Shown here piece by piece: positions 18,300 to 27,836 of a stretch of 64,000 nucleotides of DNA. The translations under genes were made by a program, and so were the position numbers. Origin of the DNA: Nitrospirota bacterium (GTDB taxonomy: Bacteria > Nitrospirota > Nitrospiria > Nitrospirales > Nitrospiraceae); contig CAVPBK010000010.1 of the NCBI GenBank assembly GCA_963701855.1, positions 27,265 through 91,264 on the forward strand, read 5' to 3'. Below the pieces are notes generated by a model. It made no database searches. It saw only the letters and a list, made by a program, of their open reading frames with translations, and was not told where the DNA came from. How positions within the stretch are numbered: the first letter of the stretch is position 1; every line of letters starts with the position of its first letter.

Positions 18300-20693
18300 T
18301 CACGCTGAGGCTGGGGCAATGCCCATTCCGAAGCGGAAGCTTCCGTGAGCCGCTGTATCATGGTTGAACGCAGCGGGGAGGACCTCCTCGATCCGTTCCA
18401 CCAGAATGAAGGTCAGATCTTCGCGCACTTCTTGCGGGACCTCCTTCAAATCCTTTTCGTTGGATTTTGGCAGAATCACCCGCTTGATGCCGGCGCGATG
18501 TGCCGCCAGCACTTTTTCTTTAATCCCGCCGACTGGAAGAACCAATCCGCTCAGGCTGATCTCGCCGGTCATGGCCGTATCGCTGCGGACTGCTTCTCCG
18601 ATATACGAAGAGGCAAGGGCCGTGGCCATTGTGATTCCAGCCGAGGGTCCGTCTTTCGGAATGGCTCCGGACGGCACATGGATATGCACCCCATTTCGTT
18701 TGAAACGGGAAATATCGAGTCCCATGCTTTCAGCATGTGACCAGAGGTAGCTTCGTGCAGCCCTGGCTGACTCTTGCATGACGTCTCCCAGCTGACCTGT
18801 GAGGGTCAGCTCGTGGCTGCCGGGGAGCAGCGTCGTTTCAATGTAGAGGACATCGCCTCCTGTGGGAGTCCAGGCCAGGCCGGTCGCCACACCCGGAGGC
18901 AGCGTCTTGCGCGCCTCTTCCGGCATGAACCGTTCAGAGCCCAGCCATTCTTCGAGAACCTGAGGGCGTATGATGACGGGCTGTCGCTCTTGGCCATCCG
19001 GCAGGTCGGCGAAGGTCAACGCAATTTTTCTCGTGAGCCGCCCCAGCATCTGTTCGAGCTGGCGGACGCCGGCCTCTCTGGTGTACCGGCTGATGATGAG
19101 ATTCAACACGTCATCCGACAGCAATGCCTGGCTCGCATCGAGCCCTGCTTCCTTCAGCCGTCTCGGCCACAAGTAGCGGCGGACAATCTCGGCCTTTTCC
19201 CTCTCGCTGTAACCGTGGAGGTGGATTATTTCCATGCGATCCAACAAGGGCTGGCTGATCGTGTCGAGGGTGTTCGCCGTAGTGATGAAGAACACCTTCG
19301 ACAGATCGAACGGAAGATCCAAGTAGTGGTCGCGGAACGTGTGGTTCTGCGCCGGATCGAGAATCTCCAAGAGTGCCGCAGCGGGATCGCCACGGAAGTC
19401 ACGGCCCATCTTGTCGACCTCGTCGAGCATTAAGACCGGATTGTTCACACCTGCTCGTCGCACGGCCTGAACAATACGTCCAGGCAGCGCACCGACATAG
19501 GTCCGGCGATGGCCGCGCAATTCGGCTTCGTCATGTACGCCGCCCAAGCTGAACCGTTCGAACGTTCGACCCATGGCTCTGGCAATGGACTGGCCTAGGC
19601 TAGTCTTGCCGACGCCTGGTGCTCCGACCAGGCAGAGGATCGGCGCCTTGGCCGTTGGGTTCAATTTCAACACGGCTAGATGCTCGACGATCCGCTCCTT
19701 TACTTCTTTAATGCCGTAGTGATCCTCCTCCAGCACCTGACGAACCTTGCTCAACTCCAACCGATCTTCAGAGGCTTTCCTCCAAGGGAGTTCAAGCACC
19801 AGTTCGAGATAGGTCCTGAGGACCTGATGGTCAGGCGAGGAGGGTGGCACCTTTGCCAATCGGACAATCTCTCGCTCTACTTCCTTTCGCACATGGTCGG
19901 GAAGGTCGGCTTCTTGAATCTGTTTCTTGAGTTTGGTGATCTCGTTCTCTTCTCCCTCACCCTCCCCAAGCTCCTGTTGGATCGCCTTCAACTGTTCACG
20001 AAGGATATATTCCCGCTGGGTCTTGCCGATCTTGGCTTGGGCATCGTTGGTGATTTTGTCCCGCAACTGTAAGATTTGAATTTCTTTCGAGAGCGAGCCA
20101 TATAGCGCTCGCAACAGCTCGATTGTGGAGGAACTTTCTAGCAGCTTCTGCTCCTCCTGCACGGTGAGATTGAGGAGCGAGGCCACGCGATAGGCCAAGG
20201 TTACGGGATTGTCCTCATTACTGAAGGCCGCCGCGGCTTCCTGAATACCGGGGGCCTGAATCAATCGAGGAAGATCGGTGACCAATTCCTGGATGGCTCG
20301 GTGGAGGGCCTGGATTTCGGTGCCGTGGCCCTCGGGGTGATCGAGTCGTCGAGCCTGTACGAGAAGGCACGGATTCGTTTGTTCGACTTTGAGTAACGCG
20401 ACACGCTCGAGCCCTTGCACGAGCACGTGGATCATGCCTTCTTCTGACCGACCAATCTGTTTCACGATGGCCTTCGTGCCGATCGTGTACAATTCTTCGA
20501 GTCCCGGCTCTTCTGTCTGAGGGTCGCGTTGTGCGACCACGAGAATCGTCTTCTCTTCAGTTTTCGTCGCCGCCTCTACGGCGGCAATCGACCGTGCACG
20601 CCCAACCGTCAAGGGCATCATCACCCCAGGGAATAGCACGGTGCGTTTAATCGTGAGTACTGGTAGCGTGACAGCCATTGTCCCATTATTCAT
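18300..20693 (-). CDS. lon: ATP-dependent Lon protease
   Basis: N-domain VLFPG, Walker A GAPGVGKT, LDEVDK, PKDGPSAG, GGIKEK. Confidence 0.95.
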   Translation of the reverse strand: MNNGTMAVTLPVLTIKRTVLFPGVMMPLTVGRARSIAAVEAATKTEEKTILVVAQRDPQTEEPGLEELYTIGTKAIVKQIGRSEEGMIHVLVQGLERVALLKVEQTNPCLLVQARRLDHPEGHGTEIQALHRAIQELVTDLPRLIQAPGIQEAAAAFSNEDNPVTLAYRVASLLNLTVQEEQKLLESSSTIELLRALYGSLSKEIQILQLRDKITNDAQAKIGKTQREYILREQLKAIQQELGEGEGEENEITKLKKQIQEADLPDHVRKEVEREIVRLAKVPPSSPDHQVLRTYLELVLELPWRKASEDRLELSKVRQVLEEDHYGIKEVKERIVEHLAVLKLNPTAKAPILCLVGAPGVGKTSLGQSIARAMGRTFERFSLGGVHDEAELRGHRRTYVGALPGRIVQAVRRAGVNNPVLMLDEVDKMGRDFRGDPAAALLEILDPAQNHTFRDHYLDLPFDLSKVFFITTANTLDTISQPLLDRMEIIHLHGYSEREKAEIVRRYLWPRRLKEAGLDASQALLSDDVLNLIISRYTREAGVRQLEQMLGRLTRKIALTFADLPDGQERQPVIIRPQVLEEWLGSERFMPEEARKTLPPGVATGLAWTPTGGDVLYIETTLLPGSHELTLTGQLGDVMQESARAARSYLWSHAESMGLDISRFKRNGVHIHVPSGAIPKDGPSAGITMATALASSYIGEAVRSDTAMTGEISLSGLVLPVGGIKEKVLAAHRAGIKRVILPKSNEKDLKEVPQEVREDLTFILVERIEEVLPAAFNHDTAAHGSFRFGMGIAPASA

Positions 20694-20880
20694 GTGGAAG
20701 CGTCCTTTCGCTCGGCCTGTGAAAAGACAGGAGATATACGTCTGAATAGGTAGATAGCTTTCGCCTTACACAAGTCAAGGGAGAGAGACGAGGGAGCCGC
20801 GCAACTACGTGTAATCGCTAGGGAGGCCGAGAGTTAGTCTCTCTTCATCGATCGACAGCGAGCCCGAAGGCAATAAGGCG

Positions 20881-22065
20881 TCATCCGTTACTTTTTGGCG
20901 CGGGATTCGTCTTGCGCATCGATCCTGACACAATCTGAAATTCATATAACCGGCATTCCAGCGGACCGTTGAAGAGGGGAATGCGTTTCGACGGCGCGAG
21001 ACCGATGAGTTTGGGGACCCGTAAATCGCCGGTGAAGATATAAGCCCGCCATCCGCTGAATCGTTGTTTTAACCAATCACCCAGTAGGGGATAGAAGGCA
21101 TCGAGTTCTTCCGGCCTACTGAGCCTGACTCCGTAGGGAGGATTGATCATCAGAACACCCTGTTCAGCCGGAGCTTCAAGGGCAAGCACGTCGCTCTGCC
21201 GCAGGCGAATATCGACGGCGACTCCCGCCCCCTGAAATGTCCGCTGCGCGATCTTCACCGCGGCAGGGTTCTGGTCTGAGGCATAGATGGCAGTCGGCAC
21301 CTCTGCGAGTTGTTTCAGTAGAGAGACTTCGCGCAGATGGCTCCAGCGTTGGGCATCGTGAATCAGCAGGCGTTCAAACGCAAAAGGCCGAGACTGTCCT
21401 GGCGCGATCCGGCGCCCCATCAGCGCGGCTTCGAGCGGAATCGTTCCGCTGCCGCACATGGGGTCGAGCAGTACGTCGTTGGGTGTCCATCCAGCGAGCC
21501 GCAGCAATCCCGCCGCCAGGTTTTCGCGCAACGGTGCCTCGACGGACAGGACACGATGTCCCCGCTTGAAGAGTGGCTCGCCGGAGGTGTCCAGATAGAA
21601 GGTCACCGTTGACTCATCGAGAAAGGCGTCGAGCCGGATGTTCGGGCGATGGGTGTCCACGCTAGGACGCCTATGGCGTACCGACGTAAACTTATCGCAG
21701 ACGGCGTCTTTGATCCGCAGCGTGATGAAGTCCAGGCTGGTGAGTGGGCAGCGGCGTGCGCTCACTTTCACCTTGATGGTCTGTGAAGGCGTGAACCAAT
21801 CTGGCCAGGGCAGACTATAGGCCGTGCGGTACACATCGTCTTCCGAGCGATAGGGAGCCTGTCCGACTTCCCAGAGCACGCGGCTGGCAATGTGACTTTT
21901 TAGATTGACCCAATACATCGTGGACCAGGGAGCCTGGAAGGCGATCCCTCCGTCCGACTTCGTGGTCATAGGCACCCCAAGGTCGTGGAGCTCCTGCTCC
22001 AGAACCCCCTCCAGCCCACGCGGGCAGGGTGCAAAGAACCGTAGTTTTGTGCTATCCATGCTCAT
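20881..22065 (-). CDS. THUMP-domain rRNA m2G methyltransferase (RlmL-like)
   Basis: PCPRGLE, LFKRG, APLRENLAAG, DPMCGSGT, NPPYG. Confidence 0.85.
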   Translation of the reverse strand: MSMDSTKLRFFAPCPRGLEGVLEQELHDLGVPMTTKSDGGIAFQAPWSTMYWVNLKSHIASRVLWEVGQAPYRSEDDVYRTAYSLPWPDWFTPSQTIKVKVSARRCPLTSLDFITLRIKDAVCDKFTSVRHRRPSVDTHRPNIRLDAFLDESTVTFYLDTSGEPLFKRGHRVLSVEAPLRENLAAGLLRLAGWTPNDVLLDPMCGSGTIPLEAALMGRRIAPGQSRPFAFERLLIHDAQRWSHLREVSLLKQLAEVPTAIYASDQNPAAVKIAQRTFQGAGVAVDIRLRQSDVLALEAPAEQGVLMINPPYGVRLSRPEELDAFYPLLGDWLKQRFSGWRAYIFTGDLRVPKLIGLAPSKRIPLFNGPLECRLYEFQIVSGSMRKTNPAPKSNG

Positions 22066-22135
22066 ATAACGTTTCGCGAGACATGCGGCACAGGCAAGAC
22101 GCGCGAGCCCTTCTTTTCTCGCGCATTACGATCCT

Positions 22136-22675
22136 ATGAACTATTGCAGCGCCTGCGGCGCCTCAGTTACGAAGAAAGTTCCTGCCGGCGACAACTTGCC
22201 ACGGTTCGTTTGCGATACCTGTCGGGCCATTCATTACCATAATCCAAAGATCGTCGCAGGCTGCATTCCCGAGTGGGGCGGCCAAATTCTCCTCTGTCGG
22301 CGTGCGATCGAGCCCAAGTCCGGCCTCTGGACCTTTCCTGCTGGCTTCATGGAAATCGGCGAGAGCACTGAGCAGGCGGCCGTTCGCGAGACACTGGAGG
22401 AAGCGCAGGCTCAGGTGGAGCGTATTTGCCTCTTTGCGGTCTTGAGTCTTCCCCACATTGGCCAGGCCTACCTGGTGTTTCGAGGGCCGATGCGTTCACC
22501 AGATTTCGGGGTGGGTGAGGAAAGCCTCGACGTGCAGTTATTCTCACTCTCTGCAATTCCCTGGGACAAGATCGCATTTCCCGTGGTGAAGGATGCTCTG
22601 CGCCGCTATGTCGGCGATGTGACGCGGGGTGAGTTTCAGGTGCATGTCGCCAGCTTGCCGGACCGACTCACCTAA
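22136..22675 (+). CDS. Zn-ribbon NUDIX hydrolase
   Basis: CSACG..CDTC..HYHNPK; PAGFMEIGESTEQAAVRETLEE. Confidence 0.88.
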   Translation: MNYCSACGASVTKKVPAGDNLPRFVCDTCRAIHYHNPKIVAGCIPEWGGQILLCRRAIEPKSGLWTFPAGFMEIGESTEQAAVRETLEEAQAQVERICLFAVLSLPHIGQAYLVFRGPMRSPDFGVGEESLDVQLFSLSAIPWDKIAFPVVKDALRRYVGDVTRGEFQVHVASLPDRLT

Positions 22676-22682
22676 TCCCTCA

Positions 22683-22918
22683 GGATGCTCAAAAAGTCTG
22701 TCCAGCAAGGCCGCGGCGAGTGAAGGCCCGAGGAGGTACATACCAAGCTTCGCTTGAACCGCTCGCTTCGATCACATGCGAGCGGATAGGTACTGTGCCT
22801 CCAGTACACTTAGACCGGTACGTTGAGGGTCTGAACGATGCGAGAACGCCGCTTGGGGAAAGGCGCGTCTCGGCGCGCCGGGGTCGGGCGGGTGAGAAAA
22901 GCGGCTTTTTCAGCATCT
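22683..22918 (-). repeat. Repeat family A, 236-bp copy with two internal inserts
   Basis: GGATGCTCAAAA ... TTTTCAGCATCT ends; lies between convergent genes. Confidence 0.85.
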
Positions 22919-22924
22919 GCTCCG

Positions 22925-23239
22925 TCAATTGAGTGTGGGAATTGTCAGGAGTGGCAGGCTGCGGTTCTCCTCATCGTGTAGAAAGCGAAACCCATCGGCC
23001 TCAGTGTAGTCGACTGTCACCCGTTCCATCCGTGGCGCACTTCGCCGATCCACCGCAATTGTGAGGCCATCGATCTGCTGAACGTCATCGTCAGGCTGGT
23101 GCGTTGCTTCCAACGTAATGCTAAAGTTTAAGCGTGAATCTTCCAGGTCGCGCACGGAAACCCGGACGACCGGATCCTCTGGATGATGGGCTTGAATCGC
23201 TTTCAGTTTTGCGATGGCGGCAACGGTGATGGCAATCAT
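22925..23239 (-). CDS. HesB/IscA-fold protein lacking all cysteines
   Basis: MIAITVAAIAKLK..VRVSV..DDDVQQIDGLTIAVD..VTVDY..GFRF pattern. Confidence 0.65.
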   Translation of the reverse strand: MIAITVAAIAKLKAIQAHHPEDPVVRVSVRDLEDSRLNFSITLEATHQPDDDVQQIDGLTIAVDRRSAPRMERVTVDYTEADGFRFLHDEENRSLPLLTIPTLN

Positions 23240-23499
23240 GAACGGAGCTCTCTGTGGCGAACGATGCCGTGAATATCGACCATGTGATCGTTACGGTCAA
23301 TAGAGTATAAAATTCGCCAGTCCTCGACCGCATATTTGGAAAGGCCTGGCAGGTCCGGCGTGATCGGTTCGTGGCGCAAGTTGTCGATGTTGGAGGCGAT
23401 CCATTTGGTTTTGTCCAAGAGCCGCTGTGCCATGGACGGCTCAAGGCCCGCAAGGTCTTTGAGAATGATTGGGCGATAGGCTACACGATACCAGGCCAT
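23236..23499 (-). CDS. RelE/ParE superfamily toxin-like protein
   Basis: YRVAY..LKDL..AQRLLDK..GLSKYAVEDWRILYSID..HRE. Confidence 0.7.
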   Translation of the reverse strand: MAWYRVAYRPIILKDLAGLEPSMAQRLLDKTKWIASNIDNLRHEPITPDLPGLSKYAVEDWRILYSIDRNDHMVDIHGIVRHRELRS

Positions 23500-23506
23500 G
23501 TTGTTC

Positions 23507-23710
23507 TTACCAGCGGAGACCGAGCTGATCTGCGATGTCCTCGCCGGACAGTCTCACCGTACTGGATAAGGACTCTTTCAGGCGGGCGCGCAGGCCATCG
23601 CCAAGCTGTAGTCCAAGGTCAGGATCGCCCAGTAACTCGCGCAGACGATCGTCGACGATGCCGCGCACGAGCTCTTTGAATTGTTCCTGGGAAAGTTGTG
23701 AGAGGTCCAT
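23507..23710 (-). CDS. Putative antitoxin
   Basis: Small acidic protein upstream of the RelE-like gene; LSQEQFKELV..GDPDLGLQL..SGEDIADQLGL. Confidence 0.65.
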   Translation of the reverse strand: MDLSQLSQEQFKELVRGIVDDRLRELLGDPDLGLQLGDGLRARLKESLSSTVRLSGEDIADQLGLRW

Positions 23711-23764
23711 GAAGACGGAGGATACGGAGGCGAGCGCCTAAAATGCAACTATAGCGAAGGTCGT

Positions 23765-24133
23765 CTACTGAAGGCTGGTCTTAGGCTGGAGTTGCTGGAT
23801 CATACGGTCCAGTCGGTCTTGATGCAGAGGAGCTATCGTCAAGAACTCTAGACCGATGCCGGCGGACCCGGACCAGCGGACTGTGGCATTGTCGATTAAG
23901 ATTGGCTTCGACTCACCAGGAATGTGTAACTGCACGGTGAGCTGCATGCCGGTAAAGGGACTGATGATGCTGTCTACGCGGCATCCATTGGCCGAAATGT
24001 TTCGTACAGATCCAGTATGGCGGAAGTGATCCTTCTGTACCAAGGTGCTGGAGAGCGACACGGAAAATCTGGGATGCTTTCTGGTGACCATAGCTTTGTA
24101 AAGAGGCCTCGCTGATGAGACTCCCGCTGTCAT
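23765..24133 (-). CDS. Single-domain PilZ protein
   Basis: RKHPR (RxxxR) and NISANG (N/DxSxxG); VRW..GLEF. Confidence 0.85.
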   Translation of the reverse strand: MTAGVSSARPLYKAMVTRKHPRFSVSLSSTLVQKDHFRHTGSVRNISANGCRVDSIISPFTGMQLTVQLHIPGESKPILIDNATVRWSGSAGIGLEFLTIAPLHQDRLDRMIQQLQPKTSLQ

Positions 24134-24426
24134 TGTCTTGCCTCAGAAGAGGCTAGTCGGTGAACAAGTGGTTGTCAAAGAAATTGAGATCTTTGGAAAT
24201 TTCCAGCCCGCATTATTCATGGCGGTTCGTCGCGAAGTGGCGAAGCTTCGCGCGACAAGCGCAATGAGCAGGACTTGCGTGACGTATGAGCCCTGTCCCT
24301 ACTTGTCTCGCTTTTCCCGCCAGTCTCGCTTAAGTCAGGCATCGTCCGCAGCACGTGTTTCGCATGGTCGCCATTTGATTTTCTGTGGGCGCACTTCTAG
24401 AATGCCGCCATTGGATTGACGTTGCA

Positions 24427-25167
24427 ATGCCCACCATCTCTAGCTCACGAATATCCTCTCAGCGCAAGAAGAGATCGAAGAAGTTCTCTGTCATCAACGC
24501 CTCGCAGAAACGCCGTTTTCAAACCCGGTTGCTGAAGTGGTACAAGGAGCATGGCCGTGACCTACCTTGGCGGAAGACCTCCGACCCCTATCACATTTTG
24601 GTCTCTGAGGTGATGTTGCAACAAACACAGGTTGATCGGGTGATTCCAAAGTACCACGAATTTCTAGACCGTTACCCAAGCTTTGAAGAGTTGGCTGATG
24701 CGCCAGTCTCGGATGTGAAGAAGACGTGGTACCCGCTAGGCTACAATATTCGGCCGGAGCGGTTACATAGTATCGCGTGTGAGACAGTAGAGCGGTATGG
24801 GGGCCGTCTTCCGAGCGATGCGGAGGAATTGCTATCGTTCAAGGGAATTGGACGGTACACGGCAGGCGCAATTCGATCGTTCGCATTCAACGAAGATGCG
24901 CCGATCTTGGATACGAATGTCATTAGGGTCCTTCATCGGGTGTTCATGGCAAAGGGCGACCCCAAGGCTCAAAAGGCGAAGCTCTGGCAATTGTCGGGAG
25001 CCTTAATTCCAAGTGGGAAGGGCTATGACTTCAACCAGGCGATTATGGATTTTGGTGCGACCTGCTGCACGGCAAGAAATCCCTTCTGCAGGCAATGTCC
25101 GATGAAATCATTTTGCAAGACGTACCCCTTCGATCAGAAGTCGCGAAGAGTGACGGTGCGGCATTGA
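24427..25167 (+). CDS. mutY: A/G-specific adenine glycosylase, short form
   Basis: RDLPWR, SEVMLQQTQV, HhH GIGRYTAGAI, DTNVIRV, Cx6Cx2Cx5C 4Fe-4S loop. Confidence 0.88.
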   Translation: MPTISSSRISSQRKKRSKKFSVINASQKRRFQTRLLKWYKEHGRDLPWRKTSDPYHILVSEVMLQQTQVDRVIPKYHEFLDRYPSFEELADAPVSDVKKTWYPLGYNIRPERLHSIACETVERYGGRLPSDAEELLSFKGIGRYTAGAIRSFAFNEDAPILDTNVIRVLHRVFMAKGDPKAQKAKLWQLSGALIPSGKGYDFNQAIMDFGATCCTARNPFCRQCPMKSFCKTYPFDQKSRRVTVRH

Positions 25168-25568
25168 AGGTCGTTGAGGTTGCTGCCGGTCTTGTTTATC
25201 GTGAGGGCCGCTACTTGATTGCCCGACGGAATCCGGGCGTGCACTTGGCGGGTTTCTGGGAGTTTCCAGGCGGAAAGCGCGAGACGGGTGAAACATTGGA
25301 AGAATGTCTGCGGCGGGAGCTGTTCGAGGAGTTGGGCATTCGTATCGACGTGCCAATACCCTTCCAGATCGTTCGGCATGAGTATGCAGAGAAAGCAGTG
25401 GAGCTGCATTTTTTCCACTGTAGAATTGAAACCGGGCATGCCACAGCCATCGACTGTGCGGAAATTCGATGGGTCTGGCCACACGAGTTAGGTGACTTTG
25501 AGTTTCCTCCAGCGGATCGTCCGATCATCGAGGCCTTACGGCGGCAGAGCATAGAGCAGACTTTATGA
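25164..25568 (+). CDS. mutT: 8-oxo-dGTP diphosphatase-like NUDIX hydrolase
   Basis: WEFPGGKRETGETLEECLRRELFEELG, FPPAD; probable TTG start overlapping the mutY stop. Confidence 0.85.
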   Translation: MKVVEVAAGLVYREGRYLIARRNPGVHLAGFWEFPGGKRETGETLEECLRRELFEELGIRIDVPIPFQIVRHEYAEKAVELHFFHCRIETGHATAIDCAEIRWVWPHELGDFEFPPADRPIIEALRRQSIEQTL

Positions 25569-26281
25569 AGGTTGTGCTGGATATTGAGACTATTCAAGCG
25601 CCTCGGGATGAATGGTCTCGGCTGGCGGGGAAGCTTCCGTCAAATGCTGACTCTGCGCCGGCAGGTGAGGGCTACGATTTGTTTACGGCGGGAGCTGCCG
25701 AAACTCAACGACGTGCAGAGGATGAACAATATGCGAAGTCGGCCTTTGACGGCACATTCAGTCAGATCGTCTGTATCGGCCTGTTGGAATTTTCAGACCA
25801 GCTCGAGCCCCGTGGATCGGTGGCCTGGTATGGCGGGGATGAGCGGGAGTTGCTGCAACAATTCTGGAGCCGTTTGGGTCAGAACCGCCCCTCGCTCTTC
25901 ATCACCCATAACGGTCTGGGCTTCGACCTCCCGTTCATTAAGAAGCGATCAATTATCCACCAGGTTAAGCCAAGCCTGGATGTCAACCTCGCCAAGTTCC
26001 GTACGGAACCGGTATACGACACAATGGCGATCTGGAGCAATTGGGATACACGCGGGTGGGTGAAACTCGACGTGCTGGCGCGAGCCCTGAACGTCGAAAC
26101 GAAATCGGGTAGTGGGTCTCAGGTGGCTGAGATGTGGGGGAAAGGACAGGGACTAGAGTTGGCTCGGTACTGCTTACAAGATACCTATGTGACCTATGCC
26201 TGTTATTGCCGGATGAATTTCCGACAACCCCTGTCCAGTGAAGTGGTCTTGCTCCAGCCAGAGTTACTGAGTGTCGGCTGA
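25565..26281 (+). CDS. PolB-like DEDDy 3'-5' exonuclease
   Basis: ExoI LDIET, ExoII THNGLGFDLPFI, ExoIII YCLQD; ATGA overlap with mutT. Confidence 0.82.
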   Translation: MKVVLDIETIQAPRDEWSRLAGKLPSNADSAPAGEGYDLFTAGAAETQRRAEDEQYAKSAFDGTFSQIVCIGLLEFSDQLEPRGSVAWYGGDERELLQQFWSRLGQNRPSLFITHNGLGFDLPFIKKRSIIHQVKPSLDVNLAKFRTEPVYDTMAIWSNWDTRGWVKLDVLARALNVETKSGSGSQVAEMWGKGQGLELARYCLQDTYVTYACYCRMNFRQPLSSEVVLLQPELLSVG

Positions 26282-26287
26282 GGCAGG

Positions 26288-27220
26288 CTAGCGAGTTCGT
26301 GTCGCCTGTGCCGATTTCTTCTTCGGTGCGGGTTTAGCAGATACGTTGGTTGACCTGAGCGCTTTCATTTCCTCGTCTCGGTTCCGCAGTTCGCGCTTCA
26401 TCCATTCCGACTCCTTGCGAAGCATAGTAATCTCGGAATCTTTTTTGGCGAGCGCCTCTTTTGCTATTTTTAAGTCACTGAGCTTCTGAACCAAAAATTC
26501 GTCCTGTCCCGTCTCCTGGCCCACACTGGCGGAGATCGCCTGAGCTTTCACTGGAACGGCCGCCATCGAGGATGCAGTCGGAACGATCGACGTGGCGTTT
26601 GCGATCGGCATGGCGGCGGGCATCGGCGACATGGCCAGTGCATGATAGTCGATGATCATTGTCATAGCGCCGAGTGCACCACCGGCGGCATAGGCCGGAG
26701 CCGGTTCGATGCGTACAGCCGACTCAGGCATAAACCCGGTCGGTTTGGCGCCCTTCCCAATGGTCAAGTAGATCGATCCTTTCTGCATATAAAGACTGCC
26801 CGTGGTGGGCTCAGAGCCTGACCCTGCCGATGAGGATACGCGGAACCCAACAAGCTGTTCGGGTTTCGCCCTTGATAAGCCTTGTGCGAGCAGGGGAGAG
26901 AGAAATTCTGCATCCTCATCGCTGAAAATTCTCATCGGCTTGCTGCCACCAGCGGACATTCTCGAAGATCCGCTCATGTCGTCGTTACGATATAACCCTT
27001 TTATGATCTTTGTGATGGTCAGTTGATCGATCACAGCAGGATGGCCGGCTTCAAATGACCAATCAGTCACTTCTTCCAGGTAAACGCTGCCCTTTGCATT
27101 GTGTGCGAGCTTTGTCCCACCGGCACAACCGCTAATGACGAGGGCACAGGCGGCGATTCCAACAAGGCCCTGCATGACCGGATTTCTCACATTCGTTAGC
27201 GCGAAGTAGTTCTTTATCAT
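26288..27220 (-). CDS. Hypothetical lipoprotein with a C-terminal coiled coil
   Basis: Lipobox LVISGC; charged helical C-terminus. Confidence 0.7.
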   Translation of the reverse strand: MIKNYFALTNVRNPVMQGLVGIAACALVISGCAGGTKLAHNAKGSVYLEEVTDWSFEAGHPAVIDQLTITKIIKGLYRNDDMSGSSRMSAGGSKPMRIFSDEDAEFLSPLLAQGLSRAKPEQLVGFRVSSSAGSGSEPTTGSLYMQKGSIYLTIGKGAKPTGFMPESAVRIEPAPAYAAGGALGAMTMIIDYHALAMSPMPAAMPIANATSIVPTASSMAAVPVKAQAISASVGQETGQDEFLVQKLSDLKIAKEALAKKDSEITMLRKESEWMKRELRNRDEEMKALRSTNVSAKPAPKKKSAQATRTR

Positions 27221-27293
27221 AACGACTCTCTTTCTATTCAGTAGGGGGTGTGACTATCCGTGGCGAGATGCAAGGTCGATGCATCTCGGGGGA

Positions 27294-27425
27294 TTACCAG
27301 ATTCCCAGGCCCATCAGCGCCATGCTCAGTGCAATCCATCCGAAGAGTCCCATCGCGATGAGGGTTTCCAGGCTCATGGAGGTATCGGTTTTTTCTTTCA
27401 CATCGGGTTCTTGATTCTGGATCAT
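27294..27425 (-). CDS. Small 43-aa single-TM protein (not in the ORF track)
   Basis: MIQNQEPDVKEKTDTSMSLETLIAMGLFGWIALSMALMGLGIW*; GGAG SD 7 nt upstream; follows a sigma54-type motif. Confidence 0.6.
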   Translation of the reverse strand: MIQNQEPDVKEKTDTSMSLETLIAMGLFGWIALSMALMGLGIW

Positions 27426-27472
27426 GTCTCGTCTCCAAAGAGTGCGCGCGGTTACGTATAGGTGCATCAAAT

Positions 27473-27488
27473 AGCAAAGATTATGCCT
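27473..27488 (-). promoter_or_regulatory. Sigma54-type promoter
   Basis: AGGCATAATCTTTGCT = GG-N10-GC with TTGCT; AT-rich upstream region. Confidence 0.65.
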
Positions 27489-27836
27489 CTAGTTAGGGTG
27501 AAGTAGACGTAGTGAAGTACTAGGGCAATATCATGAGAAGATGGGAATTGGTGCAACGGGACTGCCTAAACATAGACAAGGATAAGCACAGGAGATAATG
27601 AATCTAATCATATGATAATGCAGCACTTAATTGGAGCATTGTTCCGGCTATTTCATGGGCTCCTGAAAAGAGAACTCCCGTTCCACGAAGGGTCATCACG
27701 CGGATTGCTATCCCCTATTACTACTTGAGAGGTGTGAGGGAAGAGGGACTCACAAACAGTTCTTGTTCAGAAGTGTACTTTTGGGAGCGTATGACGCAGA
27801 AATAATTCTTGGGGAAGGAGGGTAGGCACCAACGAT

